DNA from: Lama glama
Lineage: Eukaryota
Length of the DNA: 64,000 nucleotides
Assembly (NCBI GenBank): GCA_028534125.1
Contig: CM052818.1
Coordinates: 18,230,001 to 18,294,000 of the forward strand
Direction of reading: 5' to 3'
The notes beneath the pieces are model-generated. The model saw only the letters and a program-made list of their open reading frames with translations, did not search any database and was not told where the DNA came from. Each line of letters opens with the position of its first letter. The first letter of the stretch is position 1. Made by a program: the position numbers and the translations under genes. Shown piece by piece: positions 1-12,223 of this stretch.

Positions 1-1649
1 AGTCACATTTGGTTTACACATGTTGTCCATAAGTTGTGAATACAACATAGTTTTAAAATCTAAAGTCTCAATTTTAAAAAGATTTCTGCTCGTTATACAA
101 TGACAAATTTAATTATAACTGGAGCACTCTAAAATCTCAGTGGGAATTCATAAGGCAGGGGTATGGGTGAGAGGTTCAATTGGTAATGAGTTCTTTGGTC
201 ACTGGAGTTAGTCAAGGAGAGGTAAATAAACTCCTTTAAATTACTGTGGATATTTTAAAGCCAATTTAAGCATGGTTGGTTGCTTGAATTAAATCCCTTC
301 CACATCTGAAAGGATATAATCCCATGGATCAATCACTGAACGAAATAATTTCACTGTTCATGTTAGCCAAAATTGTAACAACATGGAGTCCATATAGATA
401 TTGCCTGAATCTTCCAATACTGGAGTTAGAATGAATCAATTGCTCCCAGAAGCAGCCAGGGAACAACTTCACCCTAAAAGTCATTTCCTTCTGTGTTTCA
501 TGTGTTTTCACTATACATCATCATTCCTTGGTGAGGGAGGGGAGAGGAAGGATGGAGAAGGAGAGATATATACATGTTTAGCATTTTCACATAACTCACT
601 TTATGCAACTAATTACCTAAAGATAGTGTTGAAACTAATTTTAGCAAGTAATACGTTGTAGGCAGGATCTTAGAGAATATTCTGCCTTTGAAACTTCATA
701 GATCCTGGAGTTGAAAGTAGAAGGCCCCTCTCCTGAAATTGTTACCAAACGTTCCTCAGATCCCTCACCATCAAGGAGATGGGGGAGTGTGGACGAAGTG
801 CCATCATCTCACCTACACAGGACATTGAAAACTAAATTAAAAGCACAGATGAAATAAATTCATTTGTGCCAACTTCCAGGAGGCAAGGGCAATCTCCCAA
901 GCTTAGAAATGAGAGAAACCAGAAAGGATGTGCAATAGGGGATAAACTCCTGGCACCTACTAAATCCCACTGAAAACACAGCCAATCCCGCAGGTCACTC
1001 AGATTAGTCAATTATCGCAGCAGGTAACTCTCAGAAGTGCCTCTTACCTATGGAACGCTGCTTGGGGCTTACTAATCCACTGACTGCCTTCTGAGCAGCA
1101 CCATTTTCGGTTATTACAGCAAGAAAGAGGGTAAATGGCTAAACCCAGAAATTCAGGTTTTATGTCAAACAAGCTGGAGGAAGAGGTTGATGCCAAGACT
1201 AGAAACAGGTCACTGCCCTTCACTGAGTGACACTCTTAGTGATGTTTCACATTGTGGATTGCATCTTTTTTGGAGAAAGTCAATCATGTCACTCTTTTGA
1301 GAAGAGAATAGTGACCAACAGGGACACTTCTAGAGTGATATTAATATAAACTATTCCAGACACGCATTGAGGTTCTCTATGCTGTCCTCCTTGGGTCAGG
1401 GTGTAAGAAACCCAGTCGAGAAAGATAAGGGAGTAGCTTATCTTGTCCCTCAAAATCACTGTTGGTACACAGGAATTTTGCTATTTGTCTGGAAATGCCC
1501 CAGAGGAAAAAAAAGAAGCATCTCTTGGTGGGTCACATGACCCTACTGGCTCCCAAGGCAGATCTCTTCTTGTAAGGGCACAGTGTGGAGCCTCTGAAGT
1601 CTGGAGATTTTTCTCTGCAGATGCAGGAAGAAAGCAGGTGGATGGATAA

Positions 1650-1808
<159 letters not shown>

Positions 1809-2429
1809 TGAGTATCAGAGGCAGTGGGAACCACAACTTGGCTGGTGTTTGTGTGTTGCATGCTATTATTATTTTCACATGAGGCTGATAACTGTTGAGC
1901 TGAAATATTTCTGCCCTGACCGAAGGCTCAAATAAAACAAACTCCCCCAGCCCAACGCTCCTGCCCTGCGGTTCTCTAAGGATCTTAGTGAGCATTTGTT
2001 TTAGATGCGGCGGGGAAGGGCAGTGTGGAAACCTGAATCCAAAGGCAAAAGGAAGACTTTTTAGTGTTTTCGAGACACTTGCTCTTGGGTTCCATACTCT
2101 CTTTGGTGGAATCAGAAAAGTAAAATGAGGGAAAAGGAGAAACTTAGAAGAGCTAGGATTGGAGGCAGAAAGATGGCTCCAATTTAAGTGAATGGCACAC
2201 TGTGTGTAATTCCTGAACTGAGATTCTGCTTCCTGGGGAAAAAGGCATTGTAAGAGAGGGAAGGGATACGAAGGAAGGAAGAAAGAAGAGAAAGAAGGAG
2301 GCAGGGAGGGGAGGAGAGCTATAGGGTAATCTTTACACTGCTGGGAAGATGTGATTCCCACCTTTGGATTTTTACTGAACTACTTTAATAGGAAGTAGAC
2401 AGACTTCAAGTTGGACAAAATATTAGATA

Positions 2430-2570
2430 CCATTTCACTCTCTCTATTTTGCAGTTGAGGAATCTGAGGTCTGGAGAGTGAAGACAACTGCCCAAACTCT
2501 CATAATGAGCTGAGGCAGAGCCAAAACTAGGAATCAGGACTTTTGACTCACAGTCTACTGTTCTGTCTTT
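2430..2570 (-). mobile_element. MIR SINE fragment
   Basis: attttgcagttgaggaatctgaggtctggagagtgaagacaactgcccaa resembles the reverse complement of the MIR core; boundaries approximate. Confidence 0.75.
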
Positions 2571-3399
2571 AAAATCCCACTTCTACTGCATTAGAGCAAG
2601 AGGAAGGCTGGACTATTAAATAGTCCAGTTACTGTCTCCCCTGAGAACTGGCCGACTGTGTCTCAGAGGCCGTGGATATCCTCAGTGTTTTCATTCCAAC
2701 AGTTTTAAACAGAAGCTGCTATTCTGGAAGCCTGTTTTAATCTTGGTTCCCCAAAGCCACGGATGACTCATTTACTGCAGAAGGTGGTCATCTTTTCATT
2801 TACCAGTTACCATATCTACACTCAAACACGTTGGTGTTGCATGTCAGATTTCCATTCGGGGACAAATGGCCACAGGCTGGGTTGATTTTGCTTGCTACTT
2901 TTCCCCTGGCCATCACAAGTCCTCTGTGCCTACCCAGAGGCAGCTGCAGTGGGCAGGAAAAATAACTGGCTGGCTCTTTGTTTTCACTACATCGCCTCAG
3001 ATGAGACAGTTGTGCCTGATTACAGAGAAGGATGTGTCTCTACACAGACGGTCTGCTTTGTCAGGATATTATAATCACAGGAGCAGGCCCGGGTGTCTGA
3101 GCTCCTGTGAGAAGTCACTTGCTCCTAAGCAACAGTGAATAATTACTTAACCTCCTTTGGAGTCTCAGTTTCCTAACTTCTAGTGGTTTGAATACCACCT
3201 GCTTATTTGGATTGTTGTGCATACCTCTCTTGGCCCTTCTCGCCTTTTTCCAGTGTTTCCCTGAGCCAAGAAGCACCAACAAGTTGTTAGATAGCGTCTA
3301 CCTGGGCTTCATTTTAGGGTGGTATTTGTCTATTCAAAACTCCCTTCTATGCTAGACTATCTGCTTCCTGGTATCTCTTTACAAGAAGAGAGATTTTTT

Positions 3400-3470
3400 T
3401 TTTTCATTCTGCCTAGAAAAACAGGCAGCAGCCAGCTTTGGCCCCCAGTCTGTAGAATGCCCACTTCTGA
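3400..3470. mobile_element. MER58-like hAT-Charlie DNA transposon end
   Basis: aaaacaggcagcagccagctttggcccccagtctgtagaatgcccacttctg resembles the MER58 terminus. Confidence 0.55.
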
Positions 3471-3639
3471 CTGACACTATAGCTGAGAGGCATGACAAAC
3501 TCCTGGCTTCAGGAGGGATTCGACAGCCTGTGACAACACAGCACCAAAGACAAAGTGCTGCAGTGCACGAGCAGGGTCAGGAATGGAGGGAGTGCTAAGG
3601 TGATGGGCACAAGGGGCCTTTAACTGACTCTGACCGCTC

Positions 3640-3830
3640 AGAGGTGGCAGCATGTGGACTCTGGAATCCAAGAAACCTGGGTCCAAACCCAGGCTATGAC
3701 ACTCTTTTTTGCCCTGTCACCTGGGCTCTTGGCTGTATCATGGAAATTATAATGTGTGCCTTCTTTACAAAGTTGCTATGAGGACTAAATGAGACAATGA
3801 GCATAAAACACCCAGCACAAGGCCTCTCAA
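3640..3830 (+). mobile_element. MIR SINE fragment
   Basis: gcagcatgtggactctggaatccaagaaacctgggtccaaacccagg...gttgctatgaggactaaatgagacaatgagcataaaacacccagcac. Confidence 0.7.
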
Positions 3831-5149
3831 CTGGGGGGCACGGGGTGGTTGTTGTGTTGTCATCTGCAAAACGCTAGAGAAGAAACACCATAGAGGGCAT
3901 CCAGTGATGATCAAATGAATCAATAGGTATGAGAATGTTTTGAAAAATTGATGTAAGGATCCTTATAACTCTGAGATAGTCTACATAATATCCCACTGAC
4001 TTAAGGATAATCTCCTCTTCCCCCCAGTGGCTGGAGCACTTACTTTCTGTGCACTTAACTTTCTGAGTAAGAAAATGTGTTCCTTTAAGTTTGCAATATT
4101 TGCCAAGAACTCAGGGAGCAGGTTTCATTCTGATCATAGGCAAAAGAATTTTGACTTCAGACTTACCCTAGAAACCCAGCTTCACTTGGAGGCAGTCAAT
4201 GAATCTAGAAAGGACCCTTTGATCTGGCTTTATTCTCCCCGAAGTTAGAATTCCTAAGAAGAATGTGAACACCCATTCAAAATCTAAAAATTTAAGTCTA
4301 AGTGACAGTATAGATAAATAGATACCGTTTTCTTCAGCAGGGTCAGATGACCACAACACTAGGAGGAAAAAAAAAGAGTCCACTGATGGTCATTCCTGAC
4401 TTAGGGAGATTTGTCTTGAGATTATATTATAGGCTGCCTGTGCCAGCCCCTCTCCTCACAGCAAGTTCCTGTATCTCATTGCTATTTTAATTGACCCAGC
4501 ATTTAACATCTAATTTTCTAATCATATTTTCCCTTTGCTTTATATTCCTTGTTTTGCTGTTTTGGTTTGGATCACTAGCCATATCCCACAACCATAGATT
4601 ATTATTTAGTTAGGAGCTAGTTCCGTCTCTCCATAGTAGGCCCTTAGTTCTGAGGGATGTGTCAGTATTGTGGGTCAAAGGGAAGCCTTTCGCTGGGCCA
4701 GTAAAGTTCCACCATCTCCAAGAGGGAAATAGACTTTCTGATGTTTGCAAACAATTTCAATTGTGGTATTTTTTTTCTTTAAGAGCATCTTCAGGGATTA
4801 TTATCATTCTGTAGAACACAGTTTGAGAAAGACTGATTCAAAGCTTGTCTATCTAACCCCAGCCACCAGAATGAACCCCTTATCAAGACTGAATTGCCAC
4901 CCAGATTTCCTAACTCCCACTTCAGTGCTCAATTATAGCTAGAGAAGGACCCTCGGCTGGGTATTCATTGCTTTGTGCCTGAAAAGCAGCTACTTAAGAA
5001 TGTGATGTGTCCTTATGAGGAAGATGGTTGTGAACTACAGACTATAGCCATGAGAGAACTAGGTGTTACTTTTCCTGAAGTGTGAAAAGGAATAGACTGC
5101 ACAGCTACTAAAACTACTTCTGACTTCCTCATGTGTTAAATACTGACAG

Positions 5150-5840
5150 TTCAATTCTCTTCCTCATGTAGGTTTCACTTTCCCGATCGCCCATATCTAA
5201 TCAATTTTACCAACTTCCTTCATGCTGCTACTAGCAATAATTCTCTCTCTTTTTTTTTTTCACTGCCATCATCTTTGTTTGGGATCTGAACATCTAAAGC
5301 CTGGATTAAATAATTATGTCCTCTTTTATCTTCTTGCTACCAACCTGTCTCTTCTCCAAACCAGCCTGAAAACCATCATTCCATTTTTCTCCGTAAACCA
5401 CTGTGGCCACCAGGTTATGATTCAAAATCATTCAGTGACTCATGTTTCTGACTTTACCTCTCACTTTCCTCCAACAGGAGCCATCTACTTCACAAGGCTG
5501 ATAAAGACTTGCTCTCAAGCTCAGTTGGTGTCCCCTGTGTTTTTGTTATACCTCTTGCTTACATGGTCTTGAGTTTCTTCTTTGCCTCTTGAAACCCAAC
5601 GTACTTATCATACTCTTGCTCAGAGGTTGCCTCTTTCATGAAAGACACCCTGACCACTCCATCTTTATTTAATCTGACCCCTGGTTCAATTCATTTTACA
5701 ATCTTGCTTTGCACTTAATTTTCCATGTGTGTTTCATTTCCTCAACTGCAGTGAAAATTTCCTTTATACTCCTTCTTATGCCTGCTTCAATGCAATGTAT
5801 GTTCTGGGCACTCAATTATATGTAGCACAAATGATACAAT
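5150..5840 (+). mobile_element. Degenerate L2 LINE 3' region
   Basis: Pyrimidine-rich L2-like text ending in gttctgggcactcaattatatgtag. Confidence 0.5.
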
Positions 5841-7821
5841 AAATAAAAGGGAATTACATCTGTTTATTTGCTCTGCTCCCCAGTATCAAAGAAAAGATTT
5901 TTATAAAAGATGATTATTGGTCTCCCTGTGGTGAACACCGTGGAATTTAATAGTCTCCTTGTTTTCCTTGCTTTTTTACGTGTTTGTTTTAAAGAAAATG
6001 CCTGTATGTCATTCCAAAATTCATTAATTTATTCAGAAAGAAAGATACATAGACTAGAAACAAAGTCTCCTGAGTTAAAAGTTGAATATTCTGTATTTTA
6101 GGCATATCACTCAATTCCCTTAACTTAATAATACCTGCTTTTCTATTCTTAACAAGAATATTGAAAGGATGAATAAAATTGCCTAAATAAAATTCCTTTA
6201 AACCAGGCAAGAATGTTCAAAGAAATACAATTTTTGCCAATTAGGGCCAGATTCCAAACCCTGCATGTTCGGTTTCTAGTGTTTCCCAGATGTGCTTTCA
6301 TTATTGTAGTTCTGCCTGGATAGCAAGACCAAACACCCCACTGTGCAGATTGCTCTGGGTGCCCAATCCAGAGACTTCTACTGCCTTGTTGAGATATTTC
6401 TTGGCAAAAAACCAAACAGCACAGTTTTCATGCTAATGTCTACGTAATCTTTTCTCTCAAAATAAAATCTTGCGTCAACTTTAGAGAGAAATGGTATGTC
6501 GATGTCCAACATTTGGAATTTAATTGGGCTAGGGGTAAGAATTCCCTGCAGAGGAATTAGGAGGGAAAAAAACAGCTATAGAATGCAGTACCTTGAAAGG
6601 GAAAAAGGAAAAATTATATTGCAGGGGAAAAAATGTTTTAAAGTAGAGGATAAAGTCTACTCTGAGAAGTGGCTAAGAGCTGTAATTTAGAGTGTCATTA
6701 TCAGCTATTGAAGAGTGGGGATTTGACACTGCAGAACTCATTGCTTGGTGAGGATAAAATCCCCTTGTTTCCCTAAAGGTAAGTGCTGTCCTTCCTCACT
6801 CAAGGCCTCTACCCAAGAAGCCTAAGCTTCAGAAACAGAACATCTTTGCAGGAAATGGGAAATTCATTTAACTTTTGATTATCTTTCTCCAAAGCCACTA
6901 ATTGGGTTATCTAGTCACTGTGGTTGATTGGACTACACTTTTTTTTTTAAGCTGCTGGATTTAAACTCTCCAATTTTGCTTTATTTAGACTAGATTCTAG
7001 CTTATCTATCCCATAAGGTCACTTGGAAAGAGAGTCATTATTTTTAATTGCTTAGGATCTGATGATAATGTGATGTGGGTGTTTCTTCTTAATCTGCCCT
7101 CTCCCTAAAGTATCTCAGAGCCTGTTTTGTGTCTCTGACCTGAACATGCCATTACCTTGTTCTTTCTTTCGTATGGAATATGTCAACTGATCTGAAAATC
7201 TTCAAGGGATGTGCAAAAGAAGAAGAAGAAGAAGAAGAAAAAGAATTGAGTAAAGCAACCGAACCCTTGCCAAAGACCTGAACTCAATTTTATTCTTAGT
7301 CTTAGGAGTGACTAGTGTCCACTTGTCTTTCACGCCTTCTCCCAGGCCTTTTTCAGCTCAACACAGAGCCATCACAGAATCCTGTACCAGAAATAGTGGA
7401 AAATGTAGAGCATGATCCAATTTTTGTATCTCCACCAGGCTATGATTGAGGAAGACCTCTTAAGAAATAGGGATCCTAAAAGTCCAGCAAAGTTTCAGTG
7501 AACCAGAGAGATCAACTGAGGATATGGGAGAGAAAAGTCATCGGTAGACTGGTATAAGGTGGAAGTAAAATAGTGCTGAGGTTTCTTTCAACCCTAAAAT
7601 GCTTTGATTTTACAAACATCTTCAGGCACCCAAACTTCTAAAACCAACAGGCTTTTTCTAGGCCTCCAAGTCCAACAAGTATATAATTCTTAAGCTTCTG
7701 TGACTTCAGTTGTGGGATTTGAGGGGCGGGGGGATGGTTCTTAGACTTAACAGATAGTTCTGTTAAGCTGTGTTATTTACAAATGCAACACAGAAAACCT
7801 CCCGCAGACACCTCTCCCCTC

Positions 7822-7822
<1 letters not shown>

Positions 7823-7870
<48 letters not shown>

Positions 7871-7894
7871 TCTCTCCCTCTCTCTCTCTCTCTC
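7823..7894. repeat. (CT)n microsatellite, 72 bp with two interruptions
   Basis: Directly visible. Confidence 0.98.
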
Positions 7895-8760
7895 GTTATT
7901 TTCCGTTTGGTGAGGGATCCCAGGTTCAACAATAATTTTGTAGCTGCATAAACAAAGGCTGATTGGAGGTCATCTCATATTTCATTCAAAACTCTCCTGG
8001 AACAGAAGGGCATGAGAAAGAAAGGGCCAGAGACTGGAGCACTAGATTTCAGGAGTGGCCCCAGTTTAAAATATTCTGTCCCTTTGAAGAAAGTCTACTA
8101 AATTTTGTTTCAGAAGATACCATCAAATCCCTAGAAGACAGAACTGCTTCTACTCCTCCATGGTTTGTCCTCAAATTAACTCCCCGTCTTCTCTCTCATT
8201 GTCCATCCTCTCGACACTCTAAGGACTGGTTTCTATTCCCCAGTTCCCAAACAAACCTTCTCTTCCTCTACCTAAATACAATTATTTTCTCCAATCTGAA
8301 ATGTATTCTTCTACTCCAGTATGTTCAGCTTTTGAGACCAAGTAAAGATGCTCATTTTTCATGAAGTTTTCTTTCAACATCAAATATTTATTGACTACAT
8401 TTGCGCAAGGCCTTCTACTGGGCACTTGGGAGAAAGAATCAATAGGCGAGGCACGATGCCTGCTCTCATGGACTTGCTAAAACAGAAGAGCATCAAATAA
8501 GTAATGACAATAATGCTTTTCCTCACTTTTACCCACAACGATAAAAATGCCCTTCGGAACCCAGAATGGTCATTGTCAAAACCACTCATTTGACAATTAA
8601 TTGCAAGTGGGTTTGTGCAATATGAAATCACAGATTGTGAGAGCTGGAAGAAACCAATGCCTAGTGAGAGCCAATGAGAAGATGCTTGCCTGCTTAATGC
8701 CAGGGGGAAAAAATGACGCGAAGACAGGCGTCTGCCTGTCTCATGTAGATTTGCTTTTTT

Positions 8761-8904
8761 CGGGGGGAGGATATAGCTCAAGTGGGAGAGTGCATGATTA
8801 GCATGCATGAGGTCTTGGGTTCAATCCCCAGTATCTCCATTAAAAAAAAACAACAACTAAATATATAGACCTAATGACCTCCCCCCTAAAAATAAAATAA
8901 TAAA
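8761..8904 (+). mobile_element. Full-length tRNA-Ala-derived SINE (camelid Vic-1-like) with 15-bp TSD
   Basis: ggggggaggatatagctcaagtgggagagtgcatgattagcatgcatgaggtcttgggttcaatccccagtatctcca matches a tRNA-Ala(AGC) body with A/B boxes; A-rich tail; perfect direct repeat tagatttgctttttt at 8746-8760 and 8905-8919. Confidence 0.92.
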
Positions 8905-10584
8905 TAGATTTGCTTTTTTGACCACCTAGGGTTGATTTCAGGAGCTGTGCAGGGCTACTTCCAGAGCACCCCATTTTTTTAAAAGGTCAGAAAATTCTTG
9001 CTTCATTTTACAAGGAAAACACAGACCTCGAATAAAATAGAATGACAAATGAACACCAGCAAATTTATGACAAGGTTAGGAGAAGGAAACTGGCAGATAT
9101 CTAAATATTTGACTAGAAGTTTTCACATTGGGCAAATATAAGAGTCTGGACCTTTTGAGTTGGGACAGAAGAGAATGGTACAGAAGGTGGAAACAGTACC
9201 GAAGGGGGAAGCTTAGGCTGCACAGTTTACTTTGCTAACCTCACAATTTTCCCAAAGCTGCTTGTACTTGTGAATACTCTTATGTGGATGTAGGGGAGAG
9301 AGCGGGTAAAGGAGTTCATGTGTCAATGGGTGTGTCTGACTGCCTCCTTTCAGAGCCACTATCATCTATGAAATCTGGTAATCACACAGAGTTAGTCTTA
9401 GAGCCCAGACGTCTCTTCTGAAAATGACACACCTTAAAAATGTCTACTTTGGCATAAGAGGGACACCAATAAGGAATTCTCATATACTCTTGAATTTATA
9501 AGCAATTTATCTTTCTTCTAAATTTCAAACTATTTTGCATGGCTATGTTTAGAACAGAAAAACAAATTGAATGCAAAAGAATGAGAACTTGCCATCATCA
9601 GATCACAGCCCGGGCAAGTATCAACAGTCAGCCCCAAACCTTTGCCACTGCCACAAGTCCACCATGGCTAATTTCTGCTCAGGACACAGGAATGAAAGCT
9701 GCATTTAACTGGTGTTTGTTTTATAGGCAAGCAGTGCAGACTTTCTGTAAGTAAATATACTGGGGAGGGAGGGCAGCAGAAAATGCAACCAGAAACATTC
9801 TTTTAATTCAGAAAACAAACTGGAAAGGCAAGGAAAGCAAATATGAGATTTATGGTGACAAGCAAAGAGGTCATCTGGCATCCTGTATACAGTAGCAAGA
9901 CTGCTTCTCAGGCCCCTGATTGTGAAAATCTGCTGAGCTCCTTCAACAAGAACATTCAGCCTTAGAACCGCATCTGATTCCCCCCAACAAATACTAGATT
10001 CAAGAGAAAAGAGAACAAACAGTTATGATAGCCAGACAGGAACGTTACAAAGTAGCTCTGGAAGCTGAGCTATGGGGAAAGAAGAAGCAAAACAGCCACA
10101 GAAATATAAATAAAAGAAATGGCTGGTCCACTGAACTGGGGAATCACTGTGTCGCTATCTAGATCCCGCCTCCTAGGCTAGGCACACTCCCTGGGGAAGG
10201 CTGTCCAAGGTCCTATCGGAGGGGGAAGCCCTAACTGCCAGCGCCCTGGTGGCTGAGGAAAAGGGCTGCAGTCTGAGCAGCGGGCAGCCCTAAGAGGCCC
10301 CTGTTGTCCTCTAGTTCAAAAACTCTCTACTGTCGTTTAAAGAATAAACATTTGGTGTTTTGCTCAGGTGGGGAGGAGTGCTGGCCTGACCGCTCCAGGT
10401 GGGTGGTCTGCTCCAGCTGCTTCTTAAACAACCATTCCACACCCCTCTTCATGTTGGCACCTCGATTCTATTTACTCCCCAGTCCTGCTTTCGGCGACAC
10501 CAGTGCCTCAGTTCTTGAGTGTTCCAGGGATCGTGCAGGGTAAATCACACTGATTGAGGATTCCATTTTCTAGAATCTCCCAAG

Positions 10585-10738
10585 TCAGCATGTCTCAAAC
10601 TTTAATGTGCAAGCACATCAGAGGACTGTGTTAGGAAAATGCAGATTCCAACTCAGGAAGTCTGAGGAGAGGCCTGAGATTCTACATTTCTAAACAGCTC
10701 CAGGAGACGCTGGCTGGACTAGTTTCAGAACCACATTT
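10585..10738. mobile_element. MER5A-like hAT-Charlie MITE
   Basis: tctcaaactttaatgtgc...aaaatgcagattcc...ggcctgagattctacatttctaaacagctcc...agaaccacattt. Confidence 0.75.
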
Positions 10739-10820
10739 ATCCGTGTTCTTTACAACCCTAAGATGTTACTGCTCTTCTTCCTCTGTCCGTATGGCTTTAT
10801 GGCTTTAAAAGAAAGAAAAA

Positions 10821-11392
10821 TATGGAAGCAAACTAAATGTCCATCAACAGATCAACGGATAAAGAAGATACGGCATATACATATACAATGGATTATTACT
10901 CAGCCATAAAAAAGAATGAAATGTCATTTATAGCAACATGGATGGACTAGAGATTATCAGACTAAGTGAAGTAAGCCAGAAAGAGAAAGATAAAAATCAT
11001 ACGATGTCACTTATATGTGGAATCTAAAAAAATGATACAAGTGAACTTATTTCAAACCAGAAATAGACTCACAGATGTAGAAAACAAAATATAGTTATCA
11101 AAGGGAAAAGGGATGGGGGAGAGGGAGGGATAAATTAGGAATTTGGGATTAACATATACATACACACTACTATATATACAATAGATAAACAAGGCCTGAC
11201 TGTATAGCACAGGGAACTATTTTCAATATCTTGTCATAACTTATAATGAAAAAGAATCTTAAAAAGAATATATATGTATATATATAAATGAATCACCTTG
11301 CTGTACACCTGAAACTACCACAACATTGTAAATCAACTGTACTTTAATAAATAAAATTTAATATTTAAAAAAAATAAAAATTTTTTAAAAAG
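10821..11392 (+). mobile_element. 5'-truncated L1 3' end (ORF2 tail plus 3'UTR, cetartiodactyl type) with TSD
   Basis: tggaagcaaactaaatgtccatcaacagat...ctgtatagcacagggaactat...aaatcaactgtactttaataaa then an A tail; candidate TSD aaaagaaagaaaaa at 10807-10820 and 11393-11406, following a TT/AAAA site. Confidence 0.9.
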
Positions 11393-11489
11393 AAAAGAAA
11401 GAAAAAAAATCCCCTTCTTGTCTTCTCAGTAGGGTTTAAGAGGAAACCAATAGTTACTTAGTTATTTGTTTACTATGCCATTTCTTCCC

Positions 11490-12010
11490 CAGAATCTTCA
11501 TTCATTATTCAACCCACTCAATCTGGCTCTCTTCCCATTTTTCCACTAAAAAATGATCTTGTCATAGGTACCAATAAACTTCTCTTTATTTTCAGTATGT
11601 TTTACACTATGGTTATATTATTTTTTCAAATAAAAGTTTGAATATGAGAGGAAGGCCCACCATTCAGGTATCAGATTCAATGGAAACTCCCCCAGCTACA
11701 TGTTACATGCCTCTCAGAAACACACCACACAGTTGACCAACCTCCTGCTTTTCTTGATTTCCAGCTTCTGTGACACCGAGCAACCTTTCCTCTTACATCC
11801 CACTCTGGACCTTGGTCTTCTCTGCTAGCCAGTCTTTAAGTGCTGGAGATCCCCAGGCTTCATCCAGACCCTCTTTTCTCACGCATCTGTTTCCTCTCTA
11901 TAGTGATCGCATTAGTTCCCTGGCTTTAAATCCCACCTACATCCAAAAAGTAGGTCATTCCTGACCTCTTCATGGAGACCCAGACGAGTTATACCCAACT
12001 GAAACCCTAA
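11490..12010 (+). mobile_element. Degenerate L2 fragment
   Basis: aacccactcaatctggctctcttcccatt...cacagttgaccaacctcctgc...tccctggctttaaatcccacctac resemble L2 ORF2 text. Confidence 0.55.
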
Positions 12011-12019
12011 CACCTACAA

Positions 12020-12223
12020 AGAATTAAACATAGCATTACCATATCTCACCTATTCCATTCCTAGCTATATGCTAAGAGAAATAAAAACAGATGTCCACAC
12101 AGAAACTTATGTACAAGTGTCTAAAGCAGTATTATTCATAATAGCCAAAAGGTAAATAATCCAACGTCCATCAATAGATGAATGGATAGACTAACTGTGG
12201 TATATCTATACAAAGGAGTATTT
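12020..12223 (+). mobile_element. L1 (L1MB-like) ORF2 3' fragment, inverted relative to the adjoining L1
   Basis: ttaaacatagcattaccatat...gtattattcataatagccaaaagg...gtccatcaatagatgaatggata. Confidence 0.85.

Noticed and set aside
8762..8838. tRNA-Ala gene (also 22889 and 51984)
   Set aside because: Mutated stems, plus A tails and a TSD where intact, identify these as SINE copies rather than functional tRNAs.
10237..10255. CTCF-like motif cagcgccctggtggc
   Set aside because: The core is two bases shorter than the consensus GCGCCCCCTGGTGG.
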